Notes under the pieces: generated by a model | The model's input: only the letters and a program-made list of their open reading frames with translations | What the model was told of the DNA's origin: nothing | Databases searched by the model: none | NCBI GenBank assembly: GCA_965153455.1 | Contig: OZ234493.1 | Coordinates: 27,890,213 to 27,954,212, forward strand | DNA from: Sphagnum compactum | Lineage: Eukaryota | Reading direction: 5' to 3' | DNA: 64,000 bases | Shown: positions 37,198 through 50,676 of the stretch, piece by piece | How the letters are laid out: every line of letters begins with the position of its first letter | How positions within the stretch are numbered: the stretch's first letter is position 1 | Position numbers and translations under genes: made by a program

Positions 37198-40100
37198 ACT
37201 TACAATCTCGTCTTTACGATAGATGTACCACCTACATGATCCGAACTGGTGATTTGAAACCTTGCGAACTGCTGCAAGTGGCGTCGTAGTGGAAGATTTC
37301 TCGGGCATTGCAACTCGAACTCTATTCCAAGTCTTCAGCAGGCTGTATTTGCGCCTCTCTAGGATTTTGCATTGTTGAAGGTACGAATAACCACTCCCAG
37401 CGCTTAAGATGCGGGGGTCTGGTAAAGCAGCTTTGTAGCACCCCCAACTTGTATCTTTTGAGATGTAGTGAAGGCGTTATTAACGTTTGGTTGCTGCTAT
37501 AGACAACTTGGGGAGGAAGGTTTGTGCAGGTTTTATCTCATACTTACAGTAGAGTTGATTCTATCCAGAGCTATAGGCTTGAAATTTGATCCTGGTTAGA
37601 ATTTCATGGCTACCGAAGTTTGATCCTCAATACAATTTTATGGCTACAAGAGTTGGACAAGTGGAATTTGAGGGAAGTACTGTGAGTTGTACAAGTGCAG
37701 TATGGGGGACGTATTGTGGCATTAAGATAATACTGTTTATTTTCATTTATAATTAGGTGGTCAAATAATACCGGTAATATCCTCATATGCGGCCCTCCCA
37801 CTGTCCGGAGGGCATATTCATACGCAGGGAGGGCCTGCCCCCTATTGAAACCCACGCCCACTCTTTAAAAGGGCCCCGCCCCCTCTGATATTACGTCAGG
37901 AGACGCCCTAGTCATAAGGCGTTTCCCACCACTTCAACACAATGTACCTAACAGATACAGAGAGAGTAACCTCTCCTAGGATTGAAGTACCCTGCAGGAG
38001 CAGGCGTCATTACAAAATCTATGTTGCACATAATCACACTGAAAATTAATTAGAAGATGGAGATTCTACAGCCTGCCTTTACTGTCTCTTTTGAGCGGAA
38101 CAAATCATTTAGTTTCTTTCTGCAATTTGAAAATTAAGTTCCAGTCCCATTAAGATGACCCAAGGTGGTGTGTATGGATATTAGTATCCTCATGGTGATT
38201 CTAGGCAACAACTGGCACAATTTATGGAAGCGGTACTCCTAGAGGGCCCTAATCAAAACTGTGGATCTGAGGCCAAGCCACAGCTGACTTGACAAGACAT
38301 TACAGTACCATGGGTGTTTTGGTACCAACTGGAGCTGCCTGAAAGCAAAGGAAGTGCTGCTGTTGAAAGGATGATGGTCTATTTTGACCTGGGTAACAGA
38401 GACTTTTAAAACCATAGCCCTGTAGTATAAGGGCCCCTGGAATTTAGACTGAGTAGTTGGCTTAGGGTTGTTGGTTGTGGCTAGTTTTTGAGTGTGAAGG
38501 GCACATGAGTTGATGTCTCTTTTGAAACTTTTTGAAGAAGCACAGGACCATTTCTCTTATTTTGTGAGAGATTTTTTATAAATCCTAAAAGTAAATTTTT
38601 TTGGTCACTTATTCCCTTTTATTGGGCAAGACATTATCGAATTTCATAAAAAACAAATTTTTTGAAAGTTTTTGGTCACATTTGACTCAGAGTTTAGTTT
38701 GGTAGCATTTTTCAACTGTTTGAACAGGTTTTAGAAACCTACCCATCGCCATTTAGTGCTAAATCCCTCTTTGGATGCTATACTGACACAACATAAGAAA
38801 ATTGAAAAGAAAAACATTGCATGGGACGACTTCATATAATGTTTTGGCGGCAAACATTGATTGATGTTGAGCGCTTGGAAGTGCTGTCAGTGACACAACT
38901 ATTGAAGAACTGTGACTACATGTTGAGATGGTGGCTTCATAGGCAAGCTTGAAAGCTACACAAACACCTTGGGGAGAACTGTGTGGAAGGAATGATATGA
39001 AAGGGGGAGGTGAGCAGTTTGCATGGAGTAGAGGGATGGGAAGCTTTGAGTACAGCAGGAGAGAATGTGAGTATTGGACCGGTAGACATGCAGAACTTTT
39101 AAAGAACCCAGAACTTGGTCTTGTAATTTTTGGCTTGAACTGGAATTTGAGCACCAGCAAAAGAATATTGTAAAGTTTTCTGTCAGACAACATGGGTCAG
39201 TTAGTTGTTCCCCTTCAGTTCCACTGCACAAGGTAGATGATGAAGGATATCCCTGTTGTCTAAGCAATGTTCATCAAAGTATCTGCAGTTGCTGTGAGTA
39301 GAACTCGTTCAAATTGCAGAAGGCTGATATGCTTGAGTGTTATGATTTTCATTGTCTGAAGCACTTGTGTGTTCACATTCATGGTGCATTGGAGAGAGAG
39401 TCAATGCAGCATATACAAGAGTGGGAGAAAGTGTGTGATCAGATCAACCTGGGTCTCTTCACCCACTGTCTTTTTGGTTACAATACCACCATGGACAAGT
39501 TGCACTGAGAGTTGATTACAGTTTTCAATGCTTCTAAGAATCATTCTGGCACTGATTTCTCAATCTAGACATCCACAAACAAGCAGAGTTTCCCAATTGC
39601 AACAAGTATATAGCCACCATGATCTTCAGTTTAGGTTTTCCAAATTTGCAACAAGGATGTGCAACCATACAGACTCACCATTCAGCATCTACTCACAATT
39701 CCTCAATTGACAACAAGAAGCTTAATATCATCCAGATCAGGAGCGCCAATCCTCGTCATATCCTGAATACTGAATACTGCTTGGCAATGTCCTCAAAAGT
39801 TTCTGAAATTGTGTTATTATTTTATCTCTATGAACTCAATTCAAGTTGAAGTTTTTATTAAAAATATCTATACTCAAGTTCAAGTTGACAACTTCAAAGA
39901 TAAAATTTCAAGCACAATGTTTCAATTCACAGCCACATGGGATGAACACCCAGTTTCACCTTGTAGTGTTTAAAAGGCTGGACAGTCGCGAAAATTTTAA
40001 TCAGATGGACATCAATTAATGTTTTTTACATTGAGCGAAAGGTGCAGTGTGTATATTTTCACTTGAAAATGTTGAGACCCATCATCCGTCCACAGCATGT

Positions 40101-40198
40101 CATAATATTGCACTGAACTTCACGTCAATTGTCAATCACACAAACTAACTTTACAAATGATGTAAACCAAAAACACCCAGTTATAAACAAGCATAACC

Positions 40199-41263
40199 TT
40201 AATATGTGAGATTACGCAAAAACTCAGCTGCTGTAGCAATAGCCCCACCAGTAATAGCTCCAGAAATTATGTGGTCTGTGCGGGGGTTAGGCTCTGTCAG
40301 TGACAGAGCAGCTCCTGTCAATGCTCCACCCAACAATGCATTCTTCTGCAAATCCCAAATCTTGTATCAGTTCCTTGAAATATCCTCCAGCATCTACAGA
40401 ATTGTTGCATATGCTCCAAGCTTTCTAGAGGCGACTCCAGAAGTGTGCCAAAGAGGAACTTACCCAATCATGGACACCTCGTGCTTCTTTAGTTGCATAT
40501 GTTATACCTGTGTACATTCCAGCCACGAGTCCTGCAATACATGTTCACGTTGAAAGGGAAATCAGAGAACTTCACAAGATTTTGCTAACTTCATCCTCGA
40601 CTATGGCAAACTACCAGCCATCGATCTTAACGGGACATAGTAAGCTTGAACCAAGACTGAGCTTACCCCATTGCAAGGCCTCCTTGCCCATCCGTTGAGC
40701 TGCATGCTCCAGCGATCGCTGGTCACTCTCCTCTGCAACGCAACACAGTTCAAACCATCAGTACTAGGCATGTTGTACGCAGTGCACACGGAAACCCAAG
40801 TAAAAAAAACTGGTAAGACCAAATGTTAGTGGAATTTTGGAGAGAAGTACAACGAAAATTACGGTCTGTTTCCAAAAGACGAAGACTTTCTAGTGCAAGT
40901 AGACGGCACGTGATCACCTGAGAACAGAGACCGAACAGCATCCTGTGCGCCTGCTTGTATAGCACCCACCTGCTCCCCATCACCTCCACAGACGCGAATT
41001 CTCCCTTCAACAAACTGAATCTCCACGGCAGAAATATTATGCAGTCTACCCTTCTTCATGAACACACTACACGGTAGTGATGCAAGCATGCATGTGAGTC
41101 GAAGCTGGAGCATGAGATATCATTGAACTCCAAATCCATTTCTCACCCCTCCAGCCTTGATGAAGCCGTCCACTACCCGGTTGACAAGCGGATGGCCTAA
41201 ATCGATAAGCACATCGTCAGGCGAATTAGGTTTCTGCGCGTGAACTTCAGCTCTGGAGGCCAT
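40199..41263 (-). CDS. OEP16: Plastid outer envelope pore protein 16 (Tim17/22/23 or PRAT family), 5 exons, about 149 aa
   Basis: Exons 41263-41147, 40969-40918, 40732-40667, 40531-40464 and 40345-40199. Protein: MASRAEVHAQKPNSPDDVLIDLGHPLVNRVVDGFIKAGGVGAIQA..GKEALQWGLVAGMYTGITYATKEARGVHDWKNALLGGALTGAALS..AITGGAIATAAEFLRNLTY. Confidence 0.92.
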
Positions 41264-44178
41264 TTTGACGACTTCTCTTTCAACTGCAGCACCCCAACAA
41301 CGTACTCATCAAACCTCTTTTTCCGAAATTAAGCCATATGGTTCTGTGATCGATATGCATGCTAGTAGTCGAGTATCTTCCTCTGTACGAAGACAAAACT
41401 GTAACGCGCACTGACAAGACATCAATGTACACGCATCAGATATAGATCATCCACAGCCGCAACTAATACTAGACCAATAAAACACAACAAATTCTAGTCC
41501 AAATTGAAGAACATACCGCACCAACGTCACGAATTCAACACGTGCAATCAAGGTGAATCGCGGACTCCTCAACTGCAAAGGAGGAGGAGATCGAGGAGCA
41601 GGTCGAGCAAATCTGCAGCACATGAATGTAGATAGAAACGAAGGGAGCAAAAGCGTGTAATGGAATATGAAACGAATATGTCAAAAGTCAGTCGTCGTGG
41701 GGACGCCAACGCAGCTCAGCGGCCGCTGCCAAGTGGGAAACAAAGCATGCATTCTGCCACGCGCCCTGCTTTTCTCAGCATCGTTTCTCCCTCTCTCACT
41801 CAATTTTCTGAGCATATGTTTTCTGCCTCTCGACAGTCCCTCGATTTCCTCATCATCTTAGAGCACTCTAGAGATGTCTATTCCTAATTTATTTATAGGC
41901 ACCTTATATCCATGAACGGATCCTCTGTGGAGGGATCTTACACCTACTCATGGAGAGTGTGGCTTATAGGTATAACACCCTCCCATTCTCAAGGAGTGGG
42001 CATAAGAACCTTCCCCCTCTTACACCTTGTGACCTCCATGTTTAGGTTCATGATTCATGATAACGTTTGTCTCATGGAGTACGAAGATAACACACCCAGG
42101 CGATGGACGTTCCCAAAATGAGGGGCTGGACTTGGGCAACCACCTCATCCCCTTATTTTTGGAATGTCCTACAGTAGCGCCTTTTTCTTCTCTCTCATAT
42201 GCACACACACAAACTGTATATGTTTTACCTTTGCTTAAGTGACACAGGACACTGAGCAATTTTCAAGGGGGATTGTGTTGTTTTGTTTGGTTTTACAGGG
42301 GAAGCCTGAAGGTTCCTAACTGAAATACTTATTGGTATTTTTTGGGAAAACAAAAGCAGTGTCACCACCAAAAAAGGGGGTGGGGTGACTTAGTTAAGAA
42401 TCACCCTCACAGCATCAAGCATTACATTAGTTAGTTTGATCATTGGAACTTGTCTAATGAGCAAGAGAACTTTCACAACACATCTAACTTAAAATTTTAA
42501 CTTCCTACAACTTCTAAAATTGTAACACTAAAACTATGGACCTCAAGGGATTAAATTGCTCATGATTTCTTCTCAAGAGCCAACAAGTCACAAGTATGGT
42601 AGTTCATTTTTTAACAAGAATTCTTGATTGATTGTCCCATTCTCATCATATCACTTCCATTGGAAGTGGGATAGAAAAGAAAAAGATATTGAACATTGCA
42701 ATAGCTGCCATAACTAACATAAAAGCCCCCTATCCATCAACCTTCAATCAATGCTTGATTGATTTCCACCATCAAATGTAGTGTCTTGTTGCGGTTTAGG
42801 TTTAGGGTTTATCGCAAACACTAATTCTTCTAATTGCATGAGTTGGATGAACAGTAGCCACTTGGTTTTTATGGACCTCAACATCCAAGTTCCTCTTTCT
42901 TGCCAATTTAACTAAGCCTTCCAGGTATTCTAGTCTTTTGGAATGATCAAGGTGGTTTCCATAGGAGTCAAAAGATCTTTCCTTTGATAAAGTGAAACAA
43001 TATCTTGGATTTCATTGTGCTTCTATCTTCATATTTGGTTCCTTGTGTTCTTCAGTAATCCCCTTTTCCTGTTCTTCTATCGAATTGGCAATCACAAGCA
43101 ATCACCTTTTTGGCATTCTGACCTTAGAGAATACATGTGGGTCATTTCCACATATATAGTTTAGTTTTCATAAAGTTGCCTCCTCATCATTGATTAGAAC
43201 TTCAAGGACGTGTATGGTGGCAGTAAGTCGTAAAGCTTTGCAATCTTTTTTTAACATCGATCTATCATATGCCACTTTTGAAATGTACACCTAATTAACT
43301 GTTGACAATTATTGATGGACCAATTGCAAGCACCTTAATTAGATGTCAACATTGACAAACATCATGTTATCACCACCTTCTCAACATCTTTTGAGAGGTG
43401 TAAGCTTGAAGGCAACTTGGTTTGCTCTTTTGGAGGCTACCTTAGTGAACACAATGCAAAAAGATCGTTCAAGCATGTAAGATGTGTAGAGGTGAGCTTT
43501 AACAATTTGCATTTGTGGTTGGAGGTCTATATTCCACTTGCACTAAAACTAGAAAATAAGTGTTGATTTTCATGGCATTTGTTCTTTTTCAAGTTTTGTA
43601 GTTTCTGTTTTTGCACTTTCGTTGTATCGATCTTTTTGAAAGTTTTTTCATGAACTATTTGAAAGGTTCGACACACTAATATTGTGCGAAACTTGTTCTT
43701 GGATGATATTTTAGTGGAAGGAACTAGGCACAATGTGGGCGCACAAGGAGTTCTTATGCTCAAACAACTAGGTTTAGTTGTATTTGCACATCAACAATTA
43801 TATTCTTGCTTGCACCTCCTACATGTAAGTTCCAACTTTCACTTTGACCTTGTTATTTTTTCTAGGTTGTTTTCCTATCGAACAATTCTTTCCTTACAAT
43901 TCACTAAAAAGGTCACAATTTTTTCAAGGGAGCTTGGGTGGAAATGAACTACCCATGGAGACAGTACTCCATTGCTTGTGCTTAATCAAACATTGGTTGT
44001 GCCTAAGGAAACATTAATCAAGTTCTTGAACTAAATAAAGGCAACTACACTAACTATATCACTTTTGAAATGTATGTTGAAACTTGTGTTTTAAATTTTT
44101 GACATAAAATAAGTTTGTGCAAATATGTTTCAATGAAAATGGACACACAAGTTGAATGTGTTCAAATTTATTTACATA

Positions 44179-45289
44179 CACAACAACACATCTTGGGTTT
44201 TACAACCGGTTGATAAAACAAATATTGTATTTTTTTACTACAATTGTAACTACAAGTTCATGTTGATGACTACATAGTCATAAAAAACATTGTGGTGCCA
44301 CATGGAGTTATCTTTTTGTGACTGTAATCAATATCACAACTTGATGATTTTTACACAAATATCAAAATATCAAAAATGTATTTTTAATGTATTTTTAATC
44401 ATCCAAAATTAGGTAATAACAAACTTCCATTCATTTTTGCAACTTTTGGTGAGTAATAACAACTTATGGTTGTGTGGTGCTAACGTGGCATGCCACATGG
44501 CAATGAAATTGACTAATAGTTGCAACAATTCATGACTTGTGACACTAACTTTATATCATGATTCATGTCATTGATTTGATGAATTAATCTCATTTATTAG
44601 CTAATTGAAAGTAATGTTGTCCTTTGTGATTAATAATGATTCAATCTTCCATGTGATGATGACATGCCATGCCATTTGGCAACAAGGTGTCACAAATTTT
44701 CATGGCAATCCATGATTTTTTGTGACACCATAAGTTTTTGTGTGTCTTGAATTTATGGCACCAATATTTGTCATGGCATGCCATTTTTTTTTGTGTGCCA
44801 TGTTCGATTTTTGAAATCATGAATTCACATGCATGTGTATGTGTGCTAAACAATTTATTGTTAATTATAATTATGACTACAATATTAATAGTTGTTTTGA
44901 AAAAATGACACATAACTCCTTGATTTTTTAACTACTTAACACATTAGTTTAGGTTAACATACCTATGAAGTTAATTTATGTATGTAAGCTATTTAGTAAA
45001 AACCTATTTCGTAATATAGGCTATATTATAAGTTACTTAACTAGACATAATAAATTTTACTACATGTAGTATGTTTAAATATACCAGAATAGGTTACCCT
45101 ACTAATAGGTTAACCTAGGTAGGCTTGCCTAGGTTCCTAACTTAGGTTTTTTGCCAAATCAACCTAAGTAGCGTCATTACAAGATATTTTATCAAGTTTG
45201 TAACCACTTCAATTTGTGCGACTAAATGCGACTATGATGCGACTCGATGTGACATAATTATCCTAGGTTTTTTTTAGTTTAAGATTGCC
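44179..45289. mobile_element. Probable CACTA-like arm with degenerate left terminus
   Basis: CACAACAACACA at 44179 is one mismatch from CACTAC. It is followed by CAACT/AGTTG and GCCAT/ATGGC short repeats and an AT-rich arm resembling 1-531. Confidence 0.3.
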
Positions 45290-45292
45290 TAA

Positions 45293-47352
45293 GGGCAAAC
45301 TTATCCTTGGGTGGTACCACTAAGAACCACCCACCCAAAAAATTCAGGAACCTTGGGCCCATTTTTATTTTTAAAATGACAATTTCTTTTTTTCAATTCC
45401 TTATTTTTCTATTGGCTAATAGTTCATCACCTTTTTTTTCCTGTGGGTCTAGCATTTTTTTCCTACTTCTCCATGAGCTTTGTTTATGAAGTTCAAACTT
45501 GCATCAAAATTGTTGCTGCTGTTGTAAACCGCATTTCTTTCTCCCACACTTTGTGCACGAATTGCAAATTGGGTACTACTTGTTTCTTTCTTACGCAAAA
45601 TATTTGTGTCATAATGAAAAATCATGTTAATCTAATAACAACATCCATACATTCACATTTAAATTCAATCCTTGAAAAACATAATGCAAGCACGGCAGAA
45701 GTACATGGAAGTTTTTACATGTGGATGCATTGAACTCCACGTATTTGGAGCTATTGTTCAATTTTTAACTTTTGAGTTTGGTGTTTTGTTGTTGATAGGT
45801 TAAAGATAAAATCAAAAATGAAGATTTAAATCTGCAATATTTCATTGATGTGCAAGGCTTGAGAGGAGAAGGTCGAGATCTAAGAAATTTGACAGAGAGA
45901 GATGTGTTTATAGATGAAATATGTGTTGTATTTGGACCCCACTGTGACAAGAATGGCTAGAAATATAAACTGCAAATCAACAAGGAATTTCAAGGTGTCA
46001 TCAAGAGCCTTTACTCTCGAGTTTTTAGAAAACCACATGTCATGAATGAGACCTTATCATTGGAGTTTGCTTGTGGAATAATGGTTGAGAGTAAAGGCAT
46101 TCATGTGAATTGGGCTTCTTATGCATATTTGGCATACAAAAAACAACGACATCTTGAAAGTTCAAGAAAAGCTCAACAAGAAAACTTGGTGTGACTTCAG
46201 GAACATTCACACCATGCGCAACAAAGTCTCCTTATTGTGGCTTCAAGTTTAGGGTTGTTAAACAACTTTGTAGTAACAAGTTTTAGTCGTGATGTTCTCC
46301 CTTCCAACATTCCAAACTTGAGTAGTGGTGTTACAACCCCTTCTAGAATTTCAAATTTATTACGTGTGCCTTGCCCACCTTCAAGTCTTGCACCTAATCG
46401 CCAACCTACAACATGGGCAATGAAGATGAAGGTGGAAGGCTCTACGTCAAAGAGAGTTGCTATAAAAATTGCACCTTTACAAGCCCCATTGTAGTCAATT
46501 GTTACCAAAGATGTGTTTAAAAGTGTGCATAACTTGTTGTTTGTAAAACAATAAACTTTTTTAGGTTTGAAGTAGCGCATACAAAAGCTTGTGGCAAAGA
46601 AATCACAAAAGGAACTTGAGCATTAAAGAGTTCAACTTATGTTTGATGATTATTTATGCCCAAGCTAGGGCAAGAGTTTGACAAGGTTAAAGATGATCTT
46701 GATGTGGCCTTGTTGTCTATGCAAAAGCCTTTTAAGAATCTTGTGTGTACAGATGGTGTGCTTGTAGAATTTGTTGATGACACAACAAAGCATGATCATG
46801 CTTCTAGGGTTTCAGATTTACAACAACAACTTTATTTTGAAGAGAGGAATTATAAGCAAGCAAAGTCAAAATTGTTGTCGACAAATTAGATTGTCGAGAA
46901 TGTGAAAGAAAACCTAATTGCTTGTGAGAGCACCTACAACAAGCACCTCAGAGACCAAATCATGTTTAAAAAGTTACAAACTCTCATTGCAGGGTATTGG
47001 TCAAAATTGAAAGCTGGTTGTATCACTTTTGCATGCCCAATTCCTATAGCCAGACCTTCCAATTTTGTGAAATTTTTTGTCATATATGTTCAGGATTGTT
47101 TGATTTGTAATGAAAACTTTCATTGCAATGATATATGTGTGGCTTCATGTGGTCATTGCTACCACCCTTGGTGCTTGATTGTTCAATGCACCTCTTGGAC
47201 TAAATGTCAAGTGAAAGGCTACAACTAAGAGTTTGATCCATCTTGGTAGCTACCATTTGGGTTTTTCAACAAAGCTCAAGAGAGACAAATTCACCCATGC
47301 GATCAGAAACAACATAATCTATAGGGATTTCTGGTACTTACATTCATTGGCA
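45293..47352 (+). mobile_element. Dispersed repeat copy B of the RING-finger cassette, inverted relative to 16465-18526
   Basis: Same peptide blocks as copy A. ORF 46902-47228 ends DCLICNENFHCNDICVASCGHCYHPWCLIVQCTSWTKCQVKGYN. Stops and frameshifts differ from copy A. Confidence 0.8.
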
Positions 47353-50300
47353 TGGCTTTAGAAAACAACTAAATCCCAAGTGGTTATTATATTTTGTGCT
47401 CATTTGTGTCTTGGCATAAAACAATCCTAGTAGTCACAAGCAACTAAGGAACACTTGTGTTGTATGATTTATATTTAAAAGATTGTCATATTGCTGGTCT
47501 ATATCAAGGAGGGCATAACTTCTGGGATTGAAAAGCCAACTTTAGGAGCATCTATTTGGCTTGTAAAATTTCGTTAAATGATACAAATATTTTGTTGAGC
47601 TATGCTTGGGTTGTTGACTTTCATTTATGACCTTGCCTTCAATATATAAAAGTGTTGTAGAGTTTAGCATGTGGACCATGGTGCATAATTTATTATGTGG
47701 TGCAAGTAGGTGTAAAGATGGTCATTTGGTTATTATTGACAACTCCATTGCCATGACCAATTGCCCGATAGAATTCCAGATTATACCATTACACAACAAT
47801 TTCCATCATAAATTTTATTTCAAGCATTGAACACTTTTTGAAAATCTTTTAAATTAACAATTATAACTTCCAAACACCCACTTCTATTAAGTTACAAAAC
47901 CTACATCCTATGCTTGTTGCATTACAATATGAAAAGTCTTTTCCTTGATAGAATTTAGGCTTGAATTTCTCAAAACTACTTAGATTAATTTCCATTGAAA
48001 GGTTTGCCTCCTTGAAGCAAGAATATAATATAAGCTACAACATGACATTGCAACATGTCAAATTCAAGGAAGCTTTTAGGAAGTATAGGTAGGAAAAATA
48101 TTACATTGCTAGATTAGCATACACATTTGTCATATTTCCTACATGTAAGATTTTGTAGATCTCTAAATTTATTCTAATCCACCTATGCGAATTCAAACAT
48201 CTAGTGTTTCATTACAAATGTTTACAATTTTGAGAACTGATCATCTGCAAGAAACACACACATATACATGTCAACCTGTAAATATTCCCAATTGGAACAA
48301 AATAGTCTGAATTGGACTATCAATTTGCAAGTTTAAACTTAGCAATTTGACATCTTCCATGGCATCTAAGGCCATTTAAAAAGAAAAAAATTAAATTAGT
48401 TACAAATGCCACCTAATCAATCCATGTCCAACATCCTTGTTAAACTAAGAATCTAGTTCACATCTGGCAAGTCTTTTTAAAAAATAGTTTCCTAAGATTC
48501 TTGTTTAGCATGGAACTCATGTTGTTTTCTTAAAAAAAATGAAACCTTCTTATAATTCTTCACATACATTTCAAACAAAATAAAGATAATGGCAACATAT
48601 TGCCAAATCATTCAAAATCCTAAACATAGAGATTATATTAAGGGTCTTTAAACTAACCATTACAAAACTTGGCACAAAAGGATATTTCCTACCAAGTCTA
48701 CATTGCAAAAGATTATTTGCAACACAAACCCATCCATAGTAAGATGTTCTTGACCAATTTAACACAATCACAAAATTCATGCACTAGAAATCTTGTCTTA
48801 GGAAAGGACAAGAAAAAGTTTGTGCCTAAATAATGGACTACATTGACAGGAACTTTACAAGGAAAGAAACTTTTGGATCTGTTCTTGTTCATTTAGTCTC
48901 AAGATGTCAAGGATACTTAAGGATGATCAAAACTTGAATATAAAAGAGTCTTGATCATGTGTTCTACTTTCAAGGAATAGAAATCTTGAGTGTCAAGGGA
49001 TTCCTTTACATCTAGTCAACTTTCAAGACATTTTTGGATGCCTATAGGAGCAACAAAGGATCTAGGAACAAAGAATTCTAAAATGGGTGCACCCCACAGG
49101 AATGGACAGCAAAGGATTAAGAAATAATTCCTAGTATGATGGACTATCCCAATAGAAATGATAAAATTCTTGACAATTTCAAGTGGTCCATTACTACAAT
49201 TAAAGATGTTCCTAAACCACATATGAGGTCAAAAAGAATACCTACTTTCAAAGAAAGTACTCCTTGCATAAAAAAATATCACAAGGCAAATCAACACTTG
49301 TGGAAGAAATTCTAAATGTCATTATCATGCAAATAACCCTTTGATTTTCTCTTTTTGATTTTCGCAACACAACCCTTAGCAAAAAAGAAAATCCAAATCC
49401 TACAATGTGCAACTACAAAACTAAACACACAAACAATGGAAAAGCAAAGTTAACAAAAATACTTGGGACTCCATCAAAATGAATCGCATGTGTTTTTCAC
49501 CTCCCAATATCAATTATCTTCCTGATGACATCTCTTTTGTTTAGACAGACTTTGTTGTTTTTAGTCCAAAACTACACCACAACATCATGAATCTATGGAG
49601 CTAATGTATCTCTCCTTTTTGACTTCCCACAAAGTGTTATTAAAAGGGGTAAGATGATTACATGATTTGGATGAACAAGGCATTGAGGATATGGACTAGT
49701 CATGGAACATTGTATTTTGAATTTTGAATTCTTGTTGGTTTTGAATCATGATGATTTGACTTGGGACTGCCCAATGGGAGAAGATCTAAGGAAGAAGAGA
49801 ATTATTCTTAGACACAGTTTTGGGAAGAGTGGGAGGATCTGTAGGTACTTTGTAGTAGAAAACCAAAAATTTTATTTTGATATACCATAGATTTTATTTG
49901 TTGTTTTTATTTCATTTCAATAAAACATGGCATTCTGTTGTAATTTTGATTCATGTTTTTAGTAATACAGAGAAGCACAGACTTCTGTAGTGGATTCTAT
50001 GTTCATGTTGTTGTGTCAATTTTTTATAGTATCAAAATGTGACAAAATGAATTGTAATCTTGTGTCTAGATTTTATTACAATGTATTCTGAAATAAACAT
50101 GACTCTGGTGTTTTAATGAATGGCAGTGTTATGTGTGTTGGGAATCAAGGTAAAAATAGTGAATGTATGCATGTGAAGTGCGAATTTGTTGTTACAATAG
50201 TGTGGAATAATTTTGTAGGAATTAAATTTCATTTTTACCATTTGGCAACCATATTGTGGGGAAATGTTTTTATGTTTTCTTTTACACTAACGAGAAGGTT

Positions 50301-50676
50301 TTCTACAAATTTTGTTGTTGTATTGTAAAGGAGAGTATTCAAACGAGTGGTTTTGTTTTTCAATTTAGAAATAATAGGGTTATGTTAGAAAGTATCAAAG
50401 GTTTAAGCGATTGATGCCGTAAGGACTTTAGAGCGATCTACAAATTTTAAAAACAAACAATTGTGAAACAACATGAATCAGACAGTGACCTAAAGTTTAC
50501 AACAACAATGGACTTGGAAGCAAATTTCCAGTCACTGAAAGACAAACAAAAGACAATCTTGAAAATGGAAAGGAGTATGTAGGGCTTAAAGAAACCCCAT
50601 ATTGGATTCTAATGTTGGATAGATGAGTTCTGAGAATAAAAGAAAGACCTATAGGGCACAAGTCATTTCTACCACA

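Noticed and set aside
38760-39510. Protein-like stretch between MPB2C and OEP16
   Set aside because: No consistent frame, splice structure or recognisable family could be established.
40206-40553. 115-aa plus-strand ORF
   Set aside because: Antisense shadow of OEP16 exons 4-5.
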